Below, one piece after another: positions 41,471-55,719 of a stretch of 64,000 nt of DNA. The notes beneath the pieces are model-generated. The model saw nothing but the letters and a program-made list of their open reading frames with translations. It was not told the DNA's origin and made no database searches. The stretch is from positions 9,156-73,155 of the forward strand of contig JAUCBJ010007751.1 of NCBI GenBank assembly GCA_032718475.1, given 5' to 3'. The stretch comes from Nemertoderma westbladi. Its lineage: Eukaryota > Animalia > Xenacoelomorpha. Every line of letters begins with the position of its first letter. Position 1 is the stretch's first letter. Position numbers and translations under genes: made by a program.

Positions 41471-43006
41471 TGTTCGCGCTTTTAAGACCTTTGGCAGTTT
41501 AACCCGCCAAATCTATATGTCTTCTAGGTTATAAATCGACTTTAGCCTATGACAAGTATTTGACACAAATAAATCCAACATTAGCCGAAGCCAGTCTATG
41601 CGCGACCATTCACCCGCTGGATATACCCGGGAGACTGGATTCGGATGCTTTAATTTGATTGCGGTGCAGGCCTACCGTACTATTCGATTGATCGTTAATA
41701 TATAATCCCTGACAAATATCATTCACTTTCGGGAAATATTAGCAGTTCCTTTAGGACGTGGCGCTCTATCTATATAAACAGAGCTATGGCTTACACTAAA
41801 CACAACGGAATGGATTATAAGTTACACATAAGGCGCATTCTTTAGGAGATGCTTTGTTACGCGGACAAGCACATACAGACTATTGCACACCGCTGCACAC
41901 TGAATTGACGATAGTCACTGATTTTAATCATATATAAAGAGAATAGCAACCGACATTTGTAGGGCCTATAAAATAGCATTCAATTCACTACAAACCACGA
42001 TAATATAAGTCGCAATTGCTATATGTAACCGGTCTCTCTAACCTTAGTGTATCAAGAAGATCGGGGTTTCTGATCGTTTATCGTTATTCTCCAAATAACA
42101 ATATGTAAACAACTGATACAATTAATACTACTAGGATCGGCATGCTGCATTGCAGCTGCATTTTTAAGAATGCTGTGCCGGCTTGTCAACAAAATTGCAC
42201 CGCCACAACTCCCTATCACCCATGACATTTGCTAGATCATCCGCATCTTTAAGGCCAGTGTCCTTTAAGATGCGTCTCAAGAAAGTCATGGGCTGTCCAC
42301 CATGCTTATTCACTCCATGAGGCTGCCAAAGTACAAGATTATGCACTGGCTGGTCCTCACGGCGAAAGCAATGTCCTGCAAAGCGGAGGCGATTTTGTTC
42401 TAGTGTCAAGCTTGGAGGAACCAATGAGACACCTCCAATGTTATATAGTGTCTGGTTGGAGATGTGTGCATTGCACTTGACACAATGAATGACAATACAA
42501 TTAATAACAAACAGTAAATAGCAGTAAATAATGTGCAATACAGCAGTAGGTACCGTACCGTACCGGTAACAGTTATGTGTTCTTATAATTAAAGCCGTTC
42601 TAATGTTGGAATAATTCAGAATAATTCCATAGCCGATGTTCTAGGCTCTGGAAAAACCAACACACTGAACCCTGTGAGCTGTTGCAGGTAGCTTTCAACA
42701 CAAAGAGGAAAAGCTCTCATTGGCAGAGCTCCATATTCCACAGATTCTACGAATGTCTAAATGCTGAACTATTCGGGTTTTTGCAGCCCTTAGCCAACAC
42801 ACAGGATGAATCACTCTGCTTGGTTGACCTTGCTCTGGTTGGTTGATCGAACAGAACAAAGAGGCCATACGTACAGCAAATCAGCCAATCAGCCGGTAGC
42901 TTGCATCATTTGAGTTAGGGAGTTTTTCTTTAGAGTATTTGAGCGCATTGAGGGAAACTGGATTGCGAAGCAAAAGGGCCAGTTATATCCCACAAAAGCT
43001 TTTACA
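41471..43006 (-). repeat. 3' LTR (1157 bp plus a 379-bp LINE insertion including TSD)
   Basis: Direct repeat of 55720-56876. Confidence 0.95.
42128..42494 (-). mobile_element. Short 3' fragment of the RTE LINE inserted in the 3' LTR
   Basis: 12-bp TSD ATACAATTAATA at 42116-42127 and 42495-42506; absent from the other LTR; short TAG tail. Confidence 0.93.
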
Positions 43007-43032
43007 CCGTTCCCAGAAAATGGGATTTAATT

Positions 43033-44535
43033 CTATAAAATATAAAACATCACAGTTTCTAAAATATAAAAATACTCTAAACAGTTAGTCTTTCTTGCGT
43101 GGACGGCGTTTACGCAGTTTTTTAAAGCTAGCAAGAGTCCTTTTCTCTTTGGGGGGAGCCACTTTACTAGGAGGGCTATAACTCCTGGGTGAAGGGTGCA
43201 ATATGATTGCATCAGAAGGTGTAGGATTATGGTCGGGGTATCCGCCGTTTCGATATGCTTCTCCTCGAGCTGATTTTCCTCCGCTCGTAGCTGGATACGT
43301 TCATCCAAAAACTCTCGCAGAGAATAGGGTCGTCCAAGTTCGATAACTTCCTAGAGATTCTGGATTTCCCGATCGAACTGAGATAAAGTTACTTTGTTTA
43401 CCGCTTGGACTTACTAGTGCAATTTACGTTTATCTGAACAAGCGTAAGTTCCTTTTCTGATCTTTGTAGAATAGCGTCTAACTCATTTGGTACAACGCTC
43501 TCCGCCACTTTGGTGACAGGTTATATCGTGTTAAGCCGGGACGATGGTAAGGGTTAAACGGCGATATTAAATGTCCGCGTCCCAATCCGGCTAGGTAGGA
43601 TGGGCTAATATCTAGGAAGCCCACAACCGGGGTGCCACCGACTAATTGTTCAGGTAACACTAGATCTTTGAACAGTGAGTACAGCTCGGGAGGATCCGTC
43701 ATACTAATAGGATCAAGAGTCTGAGGTCTCACTAGGGAATGAGGAGGTCTGATCGAGTATTCCGAAACTCTGATCATTGGTTTATTTAAGGATCGTCTGA
43801 GTCGAACGAGCGTAGGTGATACGTCAAACAAATTTCGCTCGAAACTCCCGCAAGTATAGCGAGTAAAACCGTGTTTAGTGCAACGTCTCCGCGGATGTTT
43901 AGGTCTTTCCGTTTGTTGGTTGGGTCTAGGGCATTCATCGCAATAATACCAAAGACGCACGTCTTGTAGGGGAAACGCAAGTGATCTTTCTCCAGCTTAC
44001 AATATTCCTCCATCTGTTCGAAGCTATCCGGTACAACAGGTAGCGGTCGATCGGCGGTAAGATACATCATAGTGGAATAGAGGCGTTTGAGTTCTACAAT
44101 GCGGTCATGATGTATACCTTGAGGATATCGAGTTTCTAGATTCTGTTGACTGGTAATATCGAGATAGGTTTCTCTCAAGAATTCCAGATATTTGGTGAAG
44201 TCGCTGCGTTTATCCGGCTCTTCAACATCTTCACTTTCGAGTCGGTTTCGAATAGAATTTTCGTGTTCGAGTCTCAGTTTATCATTCCGCTTCCGCTGGG
44301 TATGATATTTAAATAAAACCATTTCCCTTTTGGTGTCTATATCGTTCGTATCGTGTAGGTCGATAGGATGACCAGTAGTTAAGAAGTCCATATACGTACC
44401 ATTTACGACGCGCACAGCGAGCGGTGAATTTTCTACAGTCCAACCCACGCGCAAGTTGTCTCCCGGGACATTGGCGGTTAGATATAACGACCATCGTCCT
44501 CCGTAGTAGTTGGACCAGCGTCGCCGCGTATCAAG
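43033..44535 (-). pseudogene. Unknown accessory ORF(s) between the pol remnant and the 3' LTR, frameshifted
   Basis: Overlapping or consecutive frames 43786-44454, 43478-43960 and 43033-43308 with protein-like composition; no motif recognised. Confidence 0.5.
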
Positions 44536-46249
44536 CTATCAACAAACGCTTGTAAAGGTAGAGTATATCGCTCCCTGATACCAAGATCATCTTCTATCAA
44601 CTCAATCATATCTGCTATATAAGTTTATCCATATTATAATGAGTTTATATTTAGGCGAGCGGGCGTCGCTGCCTACCACTCTCTGCCCCCGGACAGTGCG
44701 AGATCCTCAGCGCTGGTGTACTTTCGCCGATGTGCCTATCGCCAACGTCGTAGCTGTACAACGACTACAACAACCAGCACGAGTCACTCCACCGTCCGTC
44801 CCAAAGGCTTAGATATACTTCAGGTTCTTACTGGAGAGTTAGGGCTACTTTCACAATTGCGACTCGCTACTGTAAACACACCTTAGTAGTAACATTCACC
44901 TACAAACGCACAAATTCCACGTAACTGTCACAAATTGTACACATTCTATCACACATTCGGGTTATTTGTCCGTTAGTCAAGGGCCTTACAGAATGTCACG
45001 TTGTTATTGGGTATCCTGGGATACTAGCAGTGTGCTATTTATTCCTTATGCTATTCAATGGGCAAGCTTTATTGTTCTTTTAACTCACTTCTAATTCTAG
45101 CGTGGTTTTTGCCATGGTGACATTATGGAAAGCTAGCGGTAGAATTAGGGTAATTCCCATGCATACAGATCTGGGATGCTATTTAATAGTAAGTCTTTAA
45201 TGGTCAATATCATCTTTATATATGATTTTATGAATTTTATCGGCTATTGACTCTATATTGGAGATTCTCGCACACTAATACACTTAATAGGTGAATCTCC
45301 GCTCCCATGATCTATTAATTAATGGAATTTTGGGAATATTATAAATTGTATAAAATAACAATTTATCAAATTCATTAAAAGATGAATTTAAATTTATTCC
45401 CACAATTTCATTATTTAATATTAAAATAGACACAATTTTATTCCAGAACAAGTCTGGGGACTGGGATCCTTGATTCTAGGAATTTTGTCTTTTTAAGAGT
45501 ATCGGTAAGTGCTACGATATCTTAATCGACTAGAATGTTAAAGGATCTGAAATTTGACAGATTTTATAAATATTAATAGTTAATATTTAGGATGGGCACC
45601 GGTTTATTCCAGAACATGTCTGGGGACATTAACCACTGATTCTATAATTTTGTCTTTCAAGTATATCGGTGGGTGCCGCGATATCTTAATCGACTAGAAT
45701 TGCAGATGGTCAAAGGGTTTAACAGATTTATTTTGCGTTTTACGCTACTGTTAAAGGGACATCACACTACTATATGTATTATTTAATATACGGTATGAGA
45801 GCAATATCGCACGAAGCAATGTCAGTGTGAAGAGGCAAGTCGTTTCCAAGGTCTACCCAGAGCTTGGTTTAGCCGAGACACGAGGATCTGAACTTTGCAT
45901 TCCTAATACTCTGCTTACCAATAATACTTAAATATAGTAGGAGCTTTATTGTACTTTAATAAGTACGGATATTTCATCTTACTGTAGTCACGTATTTATA
46001 ATATGATACGGACAGTAAGGAAAGAGAAAAATAATTATTTCTCGCCGTCGCACTAAATATAATATATAAGTAATTAAGTAATAAACACTAATATATTGCA
46101 CTAATCTACTAAATAATCGCTAAATAACATTTGACTAAATAAAATTAAAGAAAACGATTATAATAAAATTACATAATAATACATACATAATATAAAATAA
46201 TAAAAATAAATATAAAATAATATAGTCACACACCCACTCCATATGTTGT

Positions 46250-49200
46250 TACGTTATGGAGTCCCTAGATATTTGTCGGATTAGGGAAGTGGTCGTAGGA
46301 AGAGTATCTTGCCTTCCATAGTTTCCGGACAGTTTTCGGTCTCTTTCCAGTAAATATAAACGACCAGCTGGGCGATTGAGTTGTTGTGTTACTTTCTCCG
46401 CTCCCTTGGCCTGTCTAATCTCAGCCGGGTTAAGGTGGGGAGGCCATTCATCTTCTTTACTTAGGAAGTCGGGTTCACCTAACCAGTCTGGAGTATCTGT
46501 CAGTTCTTGCGTCCTCTGGCTCCTCTGGAGGCGATGTCGGCTAGATTAATCGTCTCGGGGCAATGTCTCCATTGATCTACATTGGAGTTGATGTCGTCAT
46601 TATCTGAGGAGTATGGTCTTCCCTCAGTTGGATCGTCTAACTCACTGCTCTCATCTTCCCATTCTCTTACTTGATATACCTGATCTTTCGGTAATCTTTC
46701 CATGAGAGTTCTACGGGAAGGGCCAGTAAAGTACCAACCCACTCTAGTTCTTCCCGCATAAGCTTGTAGTGGTTGCGGTTGAGCAGGCCGTTTCTCCAAT
46801 GTCTCGAGCGCTTTATGCGCATTTTGACCGATGAGTATTTGGACTCCAGGGTAATCGGTGTTGAATCTAGGTATTTCAAGCTGCTGGGTGAAATCGTCCT
46901 CATCCCAGTTATAAGGTTCCACTTGGCTGGTAGCGAAGTTCTTTATCGCTACCATTTTTACTGACCTTATGCTGTGTTCTCCTAGTTCATCCTGGGGGGT
47001 GGACAACGCGCCTACATAATAATCCGCTATTACGGTAGATTTCCAAACCTGCATAATTCCTGACATGTTTAGCTTAGTTCGGAACTTGGGTTGCCCAGCA
47101 AAGATGTCTTCGGCTAGTTCTTTGTCGATGAATGTGCCTGTGCTACCGGAGTCAAGGAGGGCGTTCACTATATAACTCCTTTTAGGTCCGTGGACCCTTA
47201 ACTGTACTACAGGAAATTCTCGGATTCCTACATTGGAAGTTGGCGCTTTCCAAGATGGTTGTCGATCAGAAGTAGTTAGGGGGAGCTCACTGTCGGTTTC
47301 CTTCTCATACGTAAGTGCTCGATACACTGCGGTATTTATTAAGTAACAGGATTCGTTTTCGTCCGTATAGAATCCTTCCATTTCAGAACTTTGGTCGGAG
47401 AATTCGTCCGTATAGAATCCTTCCATCTCAGAACCTCGGCCAGTGCCGTTCACATCACTGAATTGGACATGTAGTTCGGACTCACTTACCTGACTCGGGC
47501 TGTTTCTTTCGAATTCGGTTTGCAACAAAATATGATGTTTCGCGCCGCACTTCGCACACCTTGCGTCGGAGTAACAGGTTCGCCGTTGGTGTCCTCGTCT
47601 GAGACAATTATAACACAACCGCTTATCCCACATGACTTCACGTCTATCCTTTAATGATTTCTTTAGGAATTCATTACACACATTTAAACGGTGGGGCCCG
47701 TCGCACAACACACATTTGGGCTTGATGTTACTTACTTTAACATGTGCTGTGTGGTGCACGCTCGTTCTTTTCTCGGGCTTTCTTCCGTGAATTCTTTTAG
47801 GAGACGTGGGAGGAGTTTTTCTTACCTGTTCTCTCCTGTCATTGGTTCGAGACTTGAATTTACTTACGTCCTTAGGCGTTGTGTTGTCATAGTAAGATCT
47901 TTCAGTGTCTTTCCCGCTGTCTTCCTCTCGAGAAGCCTGGCTTTCGCCGTCGTCTGTATAACACACTGGTATTACCTTTCTCCTAGAAACGGGTTTCTCA
48001 CTTACCTTATTTTCTGGTAGGGTCTCGTCGTTGTTGCTCCATCATATATAATACTTTCTTGTCCCAGCGTTTACCTACTCCACCCTTTGGCAGAGTTGAT
48101 GCTAAGGCTCCTACAACCATAGAATTCTGGTATTCATGAGACTTACCTAACCAATCTAGCTGTCTACAGATCTCCTGAATTTTGTCGGAAAACTCTATAA
48201 TCCCGCTGCTAAGAAACTTTCGGGGCGCCATTAATTTTGCATACAAATACCTAGCTATGTTATTCCTATTACCATACCTGATGTTTAATGTATCCCAAAC
48301 TTGTCTTAATCCATCTGGATGTCCAATAAACTTTAACGCCATTAACTTGGGAGATCCTTCCAAGCACTCGATGAGGAATCTAAGTTTTTCTCCATTAGAT
48401 AGCACAGAGTTCTGTATGTTATCTTTGTAATATTCATTAAAAGGTAACCATTTCATCTCATCTCCATTGAACTTGACGATCTCTCCCACTTTTACCGCTT
48501 GCCGGGCTTCGGTTCTAGCCATTTGATGCGTAAAACTTTCTTGGGCCATCGTATTATTTAATATCGAGTTATCGGTATATAAATTTCTCGGATTATGATC
48601 AAGTCTATATGGAATATCACTGTCAACAGGTTTATAATTACCCTTAATAGGGTTTACTATAGGAGTTTCTACTTCACTAGCAGTATAGATGCATGTAGGC
48701 TCCACACCTTGCGCATGAAATACTTCAGACCTAACAGGTTGACACATTGTTACAGAAGGTCTTTAAAATACCTGAGTGTTTAAAGCTCATCTATCCCATC
48801 ATAGTAGACATGTACCGAACAACAAGAGTCCCACAAGAAATGAAAACAAATAAGTTGGTGCCAGTTCCCAAGAAGGGCAACCTAACACTCTATGGTTCTT
48901 TTCGGGGAATCTCATTGATCTCGATTGCTGCAAAGTTATACAATAGGATTCTATTAAATCGCATCAGGGATCCCATTGAGAGACTGCTACGTGGAAATCA
49001 GAATGGGTTCCGCAAAGGTCGTGGGACCATGGAGCCCATTTTGGCACTTAGAAGGATAATTGAAGAATTATCAAAAAAGAAAGACAGGCATCTGGCTGTT
49101 ATCTTTGTTGACTTCTTCAAGGCTTTTGATTCAGTCTCTCGGTCACGTATGTTCAGCATACTTTCATTATATGGGATTCCTGATGAAATTATTGCAGCAA

Positions 49201-51470
49201 TCAGATCAGTATACGATGGTTCGACAACATTTGTGTCTACTGTTGACGGTGACACAGAACCATTTGAAGTGTTATGGGGCGTCCTCCAAGGAGACACACT
49301 TGCACCATTCTTGTTCATTATTGTGGTTGACTATGTTCTACGCATGTCCTTAGATCATCATAATGATGATGGGGTGATGATAACTCCACCTACTGGCTCC
49401 AGAAGTCGAGGAAATCCTGCCAAGTACCTAACTGATCTAGACTTTGCTGATGACTTAGGAGTACTCTCAGAATCATTAGAGGGAGCCCAACGGCTCCTCA
49501 GCTCATTAGAACATGCTGCTTCTAGTGTTGGTCTTTTTATTAACTCCAGAAAGACCAAAATTCTGACAGTTAACTTTGAAAGTCCTCAGCAAGTCTCTGA
49601 TCGGATGAGCATAAGCTCAAAGGATGGTATGCTTGAGCATGTGGACGACTTCTGTTACCTGGGATCATGGATCCGGAAGTCAGGTGAGGACCTTCGAATA
49701 CGTAAGGGAAAGGCATGGGCAGCCTTGAATAGGCTTTCCAGGATTTGGAAGTCACCTAGAATTAATCGGAAACTTAAGGTCCGATTATTTAGAGCAGCAG
49801 TAGTTCCAGTACTCCTCTACGGGAGTCCATGCTGGGCTCTAACTGCTGAGGACACCAAATCTCTGGATGGCACATTCACAAGAATGCTACGCCGGGTTCA
49901 TTGTGTCAAGTACAATGCACACATCTCCAACCAGACACTATATAACATTGGAGGTGTCTCATTGGCTCCCCCAAGCTTGACACTAGAACAAAATCGCCTC
50001 CGCTTTGCAGGACATTGCTTTCGCCGTGAGGACCAGCCAGTGCATAATCTTGTACTTTGGCAGCCTCATGGAGTGAATAAGCATGGTGGACAGCCCATGA
50101 CTTTCTTGAGACGCATCTTAAAGGACACTGGCCTTAAAGATGCGGATGATCTAGCAAATGTCATGGGTGATAGGGAGTTGTGGCGGTGCAATTTTGTTGA
50201 CAAGCCGGCACAGCATTCTTAAAAATGCAGCTGCAATGCAGCATGCCGATCATAGTAGTAGTAGTAGTAGTAGTACAGAGGGTGGTGGTATACCCTTTTG
50301 TGTATTTACTAATTTATCGCGTTCTAACGCGATACTTTGCTGCACTTCTTGCAACTCTAACCTACTCTCTCTAATTGTTCCCTTTAACTGCTGCACAGTT
50401 CCCTCCATCTCCTGGGCCTGCTGAGAGGAGCGAGAATGTTGTTCCCTCAGCTGTCCGAGCAGGAGACCCATCTCCCGTCGTCCCTCATCTACCCACTCGA
50501 CCGCCGAAGCGGGAGGCGCCAACGTTGTAGTGGGCGGACGAGGGACAACGGGCGACAAGTCATGAATATTTCGCTCGGAGTCCAGGACATGAACAATTTC
50601 AGGGGTGGTTCTGTGGGGCACAGGTAGCTTCGTGCTGTGCAGAGGGAATTTAGAGGTAGGTTCAGGGAGTACAGGTGTCTCTATCACCGAAGGGGTGGCT
50701 TCGAGAACAGGCCTAATTATTTCAGGCTCATCTACTATAGTAGGGAGTCTTTCTATGTTAATTATTTGGTCTGTGGGTTCTATACTACCTAAGTTTGTGT
50801 TATTTAGTTTCCTTCTAACAGCTGGGGGCAAATCAGGCAATTTCTGACGGTGGACATTCTTCTACGTCTGCTTAGACGAGATCTATTTCCTCCGCCTTCA
50901 GGATCGGTGGTATCGCCTTCCTCAGATGATGTATATCCCTGTCTTTTGGGAGTTGATCGACCCATCATCTGCATTTGACTAGCTGTTAACTGTTTATTTA
51001 TGCAGTCTTGATTCTCCTGAATGTTTTCCAATTCTAGTTGGGTGGTTTCTTCAGAGGCTCTCCGTTCTGCTTCTGCCACTGCCTCTGCCGCTGCCACTGC
51101 CGCCTTTCTTTCCGCTTCGGCCGCTGCCACTGCCGCCTTTCTTTCCACTTCTACTGCCTTTCTTTCCACTTCTACCGCCTTTCTTTCCGCTTCTACTTCT
51201 GCCGCTGCCGCTGCCGCTGCTGCTGCCGCTTTTCTTTCCGCTTCTGCCGCTGCCACTGCTGCTGCCACTGCCACTGTCTTTCTGTCTGCTATACGTTTTT
51301 TCTTTACTTGTTCTTCTTGGACCCTAGTGATGCGGAGGCGTTCATCAAATGTAGCTTGGTTCGCAGCTATCCTATCCGCATCTATTGCGTCCAACACAAG
51401 CTTGGCTCCTTCACTATTAGGGCTAAGTCCCGCTTGCGTCCTTTTGGGCTCCTCCCCGAGGCGCACCCAT
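46250..51470 (-). pseudogene. BEL/Pao gag-protease with RT, most RNase H and the integrase core deleted
   Basis: KFNGDEMKWLPF...LSNGEKLRFLIECLEG (BEL gag); CVLCDGPHRLNVC, CYNCLRRGHQRRTC, CAKCGAKHH; ALLDSGS; then directly QWRHCPETINLADIASRG and LNRPAGRLYLLE. Confidence 0.85.
48757..50273 (+). mobile_element. 5'-truncated RTE LINE inserted in gag
   Basis: Open RT ORF to 50222, (TAG)n tail, TSD TACAGA at 48751-48756 and 50274-50279. Confidence 0.93.
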
Positions 51471-52729
51471 GAGGCGGACGCTGTCCCACCACCCTTGGGG
51501 CCAGTCTGACTGATGTTATTATCAGGCCGGGCCGGAGGGTAGCCCGATGCTTCCCGGGTTCAATTTTCAATCCCCCGATCACACCGGCACAGCTCGTCGG
51601 TGTAGCCAGATGGTCGGCTACTGTCAACTTACTGTGGCCTGACTGTACATTGAGCCAACTCAGAGAGTCAACCAGCGGGTGGACCAGTCGATAGCGATCG
51701 AGCATCAAGGTCGCCCTTGAGCCAAACCGACGGTCTTGTCCCATGTGGGCTTGTGCTACCCAACATGGAATATTGACACGTTTTCACCCGCCTCGCCGGC
51801 AGTATTGAGGGGAAGTCGGTTCCGCAAACAATACTGACTAGCTCGAAAGCTAGGAACAAGTAACCACTTACCAGTCACTGTACACGTGTACTCAACAGAT
51901 GTTCACAATATCAAGTACACTACGGTAAACACAAAATCTGACACATACCATGCACACACAGAGGACATAATCGGGAAAGACAAAATTGGGGACAAAATCA
52001 GAGGGGACAAAATTGTATCGACTGTTAAAAGAGTCGAGAGTACCTTATTTTGCCGTCAGGGCAAAATAACTTTGTGTGCACAAAGTATGCTGGGGCGCAG
52101 TAAAGATATGGTCCTACTAATACCAGCGGCGACTGAACCAACCGGCAAGGGTTCCCACACTCACTCGCAGTGGCCATACATACACTCACGTATACCACGT
52201 ACCCACAGCAACAGAAAGCTTAAGCAAACTGCCACTGATCGTCCACACACAAACCACAGATTCCAGAGTATCATTCACTCGGACCATACTACAACACCAA
52301 CCCCTCCTTGCAGCCGATATTCCGGGTGCCACCTCCATTCCAATAGTAGTACCAACAGAATCATCAGAAACCTGCCCATTCCGATGCAACACCTCCATTC
52401 CAATAGTGCTACCCTGGGAAAAGACACGTTTTGGCAACCGATCGGAGACAGTAAAGAGTCTGGTCAACTCATACATACCAAACATAGACCTACCACATAG
52501 ACCACATAAACCACAGATCACACTAAGCCACCACCCCTACTGTGTACAGGACTGGCAGTACGGCAACAGGCCGACTAGACGGTACCACGGCACCATGTTG
52601 ATTCATGGTTCGTAAGACACGAGGGCCTTCAGTAACTCCCTTGCACTATAGAAGAGATTTAGCGTGCCCCCAGACCCTCACGAGTCCGCCGCCGCCTGTT
52701 CTAGACACACTTATAGAGACCTCACCTCC

Positions 52730-53758
52730 TTATGCATCTAGCCTTCTCCTCAACTCTTCATCTCCTACAAAACGTTGATAGTCCGACAGATAGATGTCAA
52801 TGGCATCCCTCTTATGCGGTTTCTCTGCCGTCACTTCACTTTCCACTTGGGAAAATGTAGCGTCTGTTGATTCTCCATGGGTTGAGCGCTCATCCAGCTG
52901 AGCTTTCCACTGAGCCGTTCCTTGAACCTGGAGACTCACCCGTTGAAACCAAGTCTTTACGGCAACTTGCAACGAAGTGTCTTGTCTTCTTTTAGAAGCC
53001 TCCTCAAAGGCCGATAAGATTAGCCTGATTCGTAGAATTATTTCTCTAACTTGATAAAGCAGCTGTCCCTGCTCTTGAGGTCCTTGGGGTTGTTGAAACA
53101 GTTGTTCTTTTAATCGCTCCATAGAGCTGAAGAATCCCTGTACGTATCCTGCTGCTGACCTCTTCCACACAACTGGATCGATGGTTTCCTTGTTTACTCC
53201 CATCCTGTGTATGTCTTCCCAGGCAGCTTCCGATAAATCAAACGGGAGTCTGGGTCCGGGGAAGTTCCCTTGCGACTCGACCATAGGCTTCAGTTCTTCC
53301 CTTGTGTATCCCGCATAACTATCCTTAGTCGATCGCTTATTTCTCGCCCAATCAATCTGGTGTTCCTCCACCGCAATCAATAACCTCGTGAGTACGGCTG
53401 CAGGAAGGATGAGAAGGGGATCCGAATAAACCGCATCTGTCATCTTTGCTCCGTGCTCGGGTGTCAGCTCTACGGTATCCGCACTACTGGAGCTGTCGGG
53501 CTGCTGAGAAATAAGTTCTCGGCTCGCGGGTAGTTGCTGTTCTGGTGCTTCTTGGTCCCGCTTGACCTGAGCTCAAGTGCCTATGATAGACCTACGATGT
53601 TGGACTAGCCTAGGGTCTGATATTACTACGGGAGGGATGATCTTTCTTACAGTAGGAGGTGAGTTGAACTTCGGTCCTACACATTCCACACTCCTGTCTG
53701 GGTCACATATGGTTGTATCTAGGAGACTGTCTGACAGGTTTTGCTTTGTGTCAGACAT
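52730..53758 (-). pseudogene. Unknown ORF upstream of gag (~342 codons) with one in-frame TGA
   Basis: ORFs 53573-53758 and 52730-53443 share a frame, and the 43 codons between them are stop-free. Confidence 0.55.
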
Positions 53759-55719
53759 GTTGGATTGTACAGTTGAATGCCTACTGCTATATTACAGTTT
53801 AAGCAAGTCTAGTAATTCAGTATCACCGTTAGCCTAGTAATTAATTACCGATACTGCTACTCAGTGTAGCGTGATATATATATAATATATTAGAATACCG
53901 GTATGCTTATAGTATATATAAGTATTATTACAGACTAGGTTTGTCACAGAATACCGGTAGGTAATTTCAGCACAAATATATATAAATATATAATAGGCCT
54001 ATCGTGAATACCGGTATGCAGCTTACACTTATAGTATATATAAGTATAATTATGAACTAGAATTAATTACAGAATACCGGTATGATTTCAGCCTAAATTT
54101 ATAGAAACAAATATAATAAGCCTATGGTAAATACCGGTATGTCAATTATTTTAGAATAATTGAATTTCTGAAATTTTAGGGGTTACTTGGTTATTATGCT
54201 TTACTTGATTACCGTTATTTAAGAAGTAGTCCAACTGATATTTAGACCTAATTGTTGTATGACAGGCCTACTATTTTATAAATCGGTTTGAGTTGATTTA
54301 AAATATATATACCCCTATAATGGGTTTTGTCAATATTTGAAATAAATGTTATTATTTCTGGGGGGAGTCACTACACAGAAGCTGTGCGCTCTCAGTGAAG
54401 TGCTACTTGTTGGACACTAAAACAAATAATTCTAATTTACCTAAGTTACTTAATACTACAAATTATGTACAATTCGGGGTGAGATTACAATCTCTAAATA
54501 AACACAAAAATTACACGTACGAAATTTTAGGGTAATTTTATAAGAAGTCTACAAACCAGCCTAACAAAGGGTTAGAATATCTGGTTATTACAACGAACAG
54601 GGTACTACGGTATTTGAAAATAATAAGTAGTAGTAAATATACTGCGTTGTCCAGGTAGGAAAATACCACCGTCTGACAACTTATAGCCGTATCGCTATAA
54701 GTACTACGTTATGTATCACGGAGTATTCCTACCTAGAAGTTAATTACCGCGGTCTACCAGAACCAACGTGCCTATTAACCACTTTACAACACAAATATAC
54801 TGCCTACACACTAATCACCTTCGGAAAGCACTGTACACTAAACCTTAAATTAGGTACAAGTACTTATATAACAAATAATCAGTAGTTAAAAATACTTGAA
54901 CAGCCAAAAGAACCACGGTATCTGCTGGAGTGACCAGGGCACAAAATCACCAGTCTTTACCTACGCCAAGCAGCCCTGATGTAGTACCGGGGTTAGTTTA
55001 ACTATAACGGTATATATAACAAGCACAATTACTGTAGGAATAAACTTGGGGATATGAATGTTGCGAATAATCGCATAAACTCTGAATAATAAATATTACG
55101 CTACGCGTACAGACTACTCAAACAAAATGCAGACCAAATACTGACAGACTACTATCAAGCCTAAACAAACTACGGTATATGCAGACTCCGAAATGGTTAG
55201 TTAGTATGCGTTCTAACCGAGTAGTACGACTTATTCTTTCGAGGGGGTTCACCTCACAGCACTGGCAGCCCCTACTTTCCTAACTAGTACTTTTTCGGAC
55301 ATACGCTCTACACACACTACAGTCCCTTCAGACTTAACAACAGTCAGACAACAGTCCAGCCTACAAATTGTCTGTACAATCTGAGCAGGCTTACACGCCT
55401 TCTGCTCAATATTAGCCTACAAATAAATAAAACTGACAGAAATAGGCCTAAGTAAAATCCCAATAAAAACCAGGCGTCCCCGATTAATTATTAAGACCTA
55501 CCGGTATATAATAATCAAAATCGAATAATACTGCTGTACCTGTACTGCTGTAGGTACCGGTCCGGGTGGTTAGGTAGTCAGGCCTACTGGGTACCGGTTG
55601 GCCGGTACTTCAGCTTTATTGCCTACTGCAATACAGAAGCTATATCTGTTATTGTTCTTACCAGAACAATAGTAAACTGTATTTATTGCCTACACTGCAA
55701 TCAGAAAAATAACCGTTAC

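Noticed and set aside
51021-51509. Ala/Ser- and Cys-rich plus-strand ORFs
   Set aside because: Antisense shadows of the AEAERKA repeat in the gag N-terminus.
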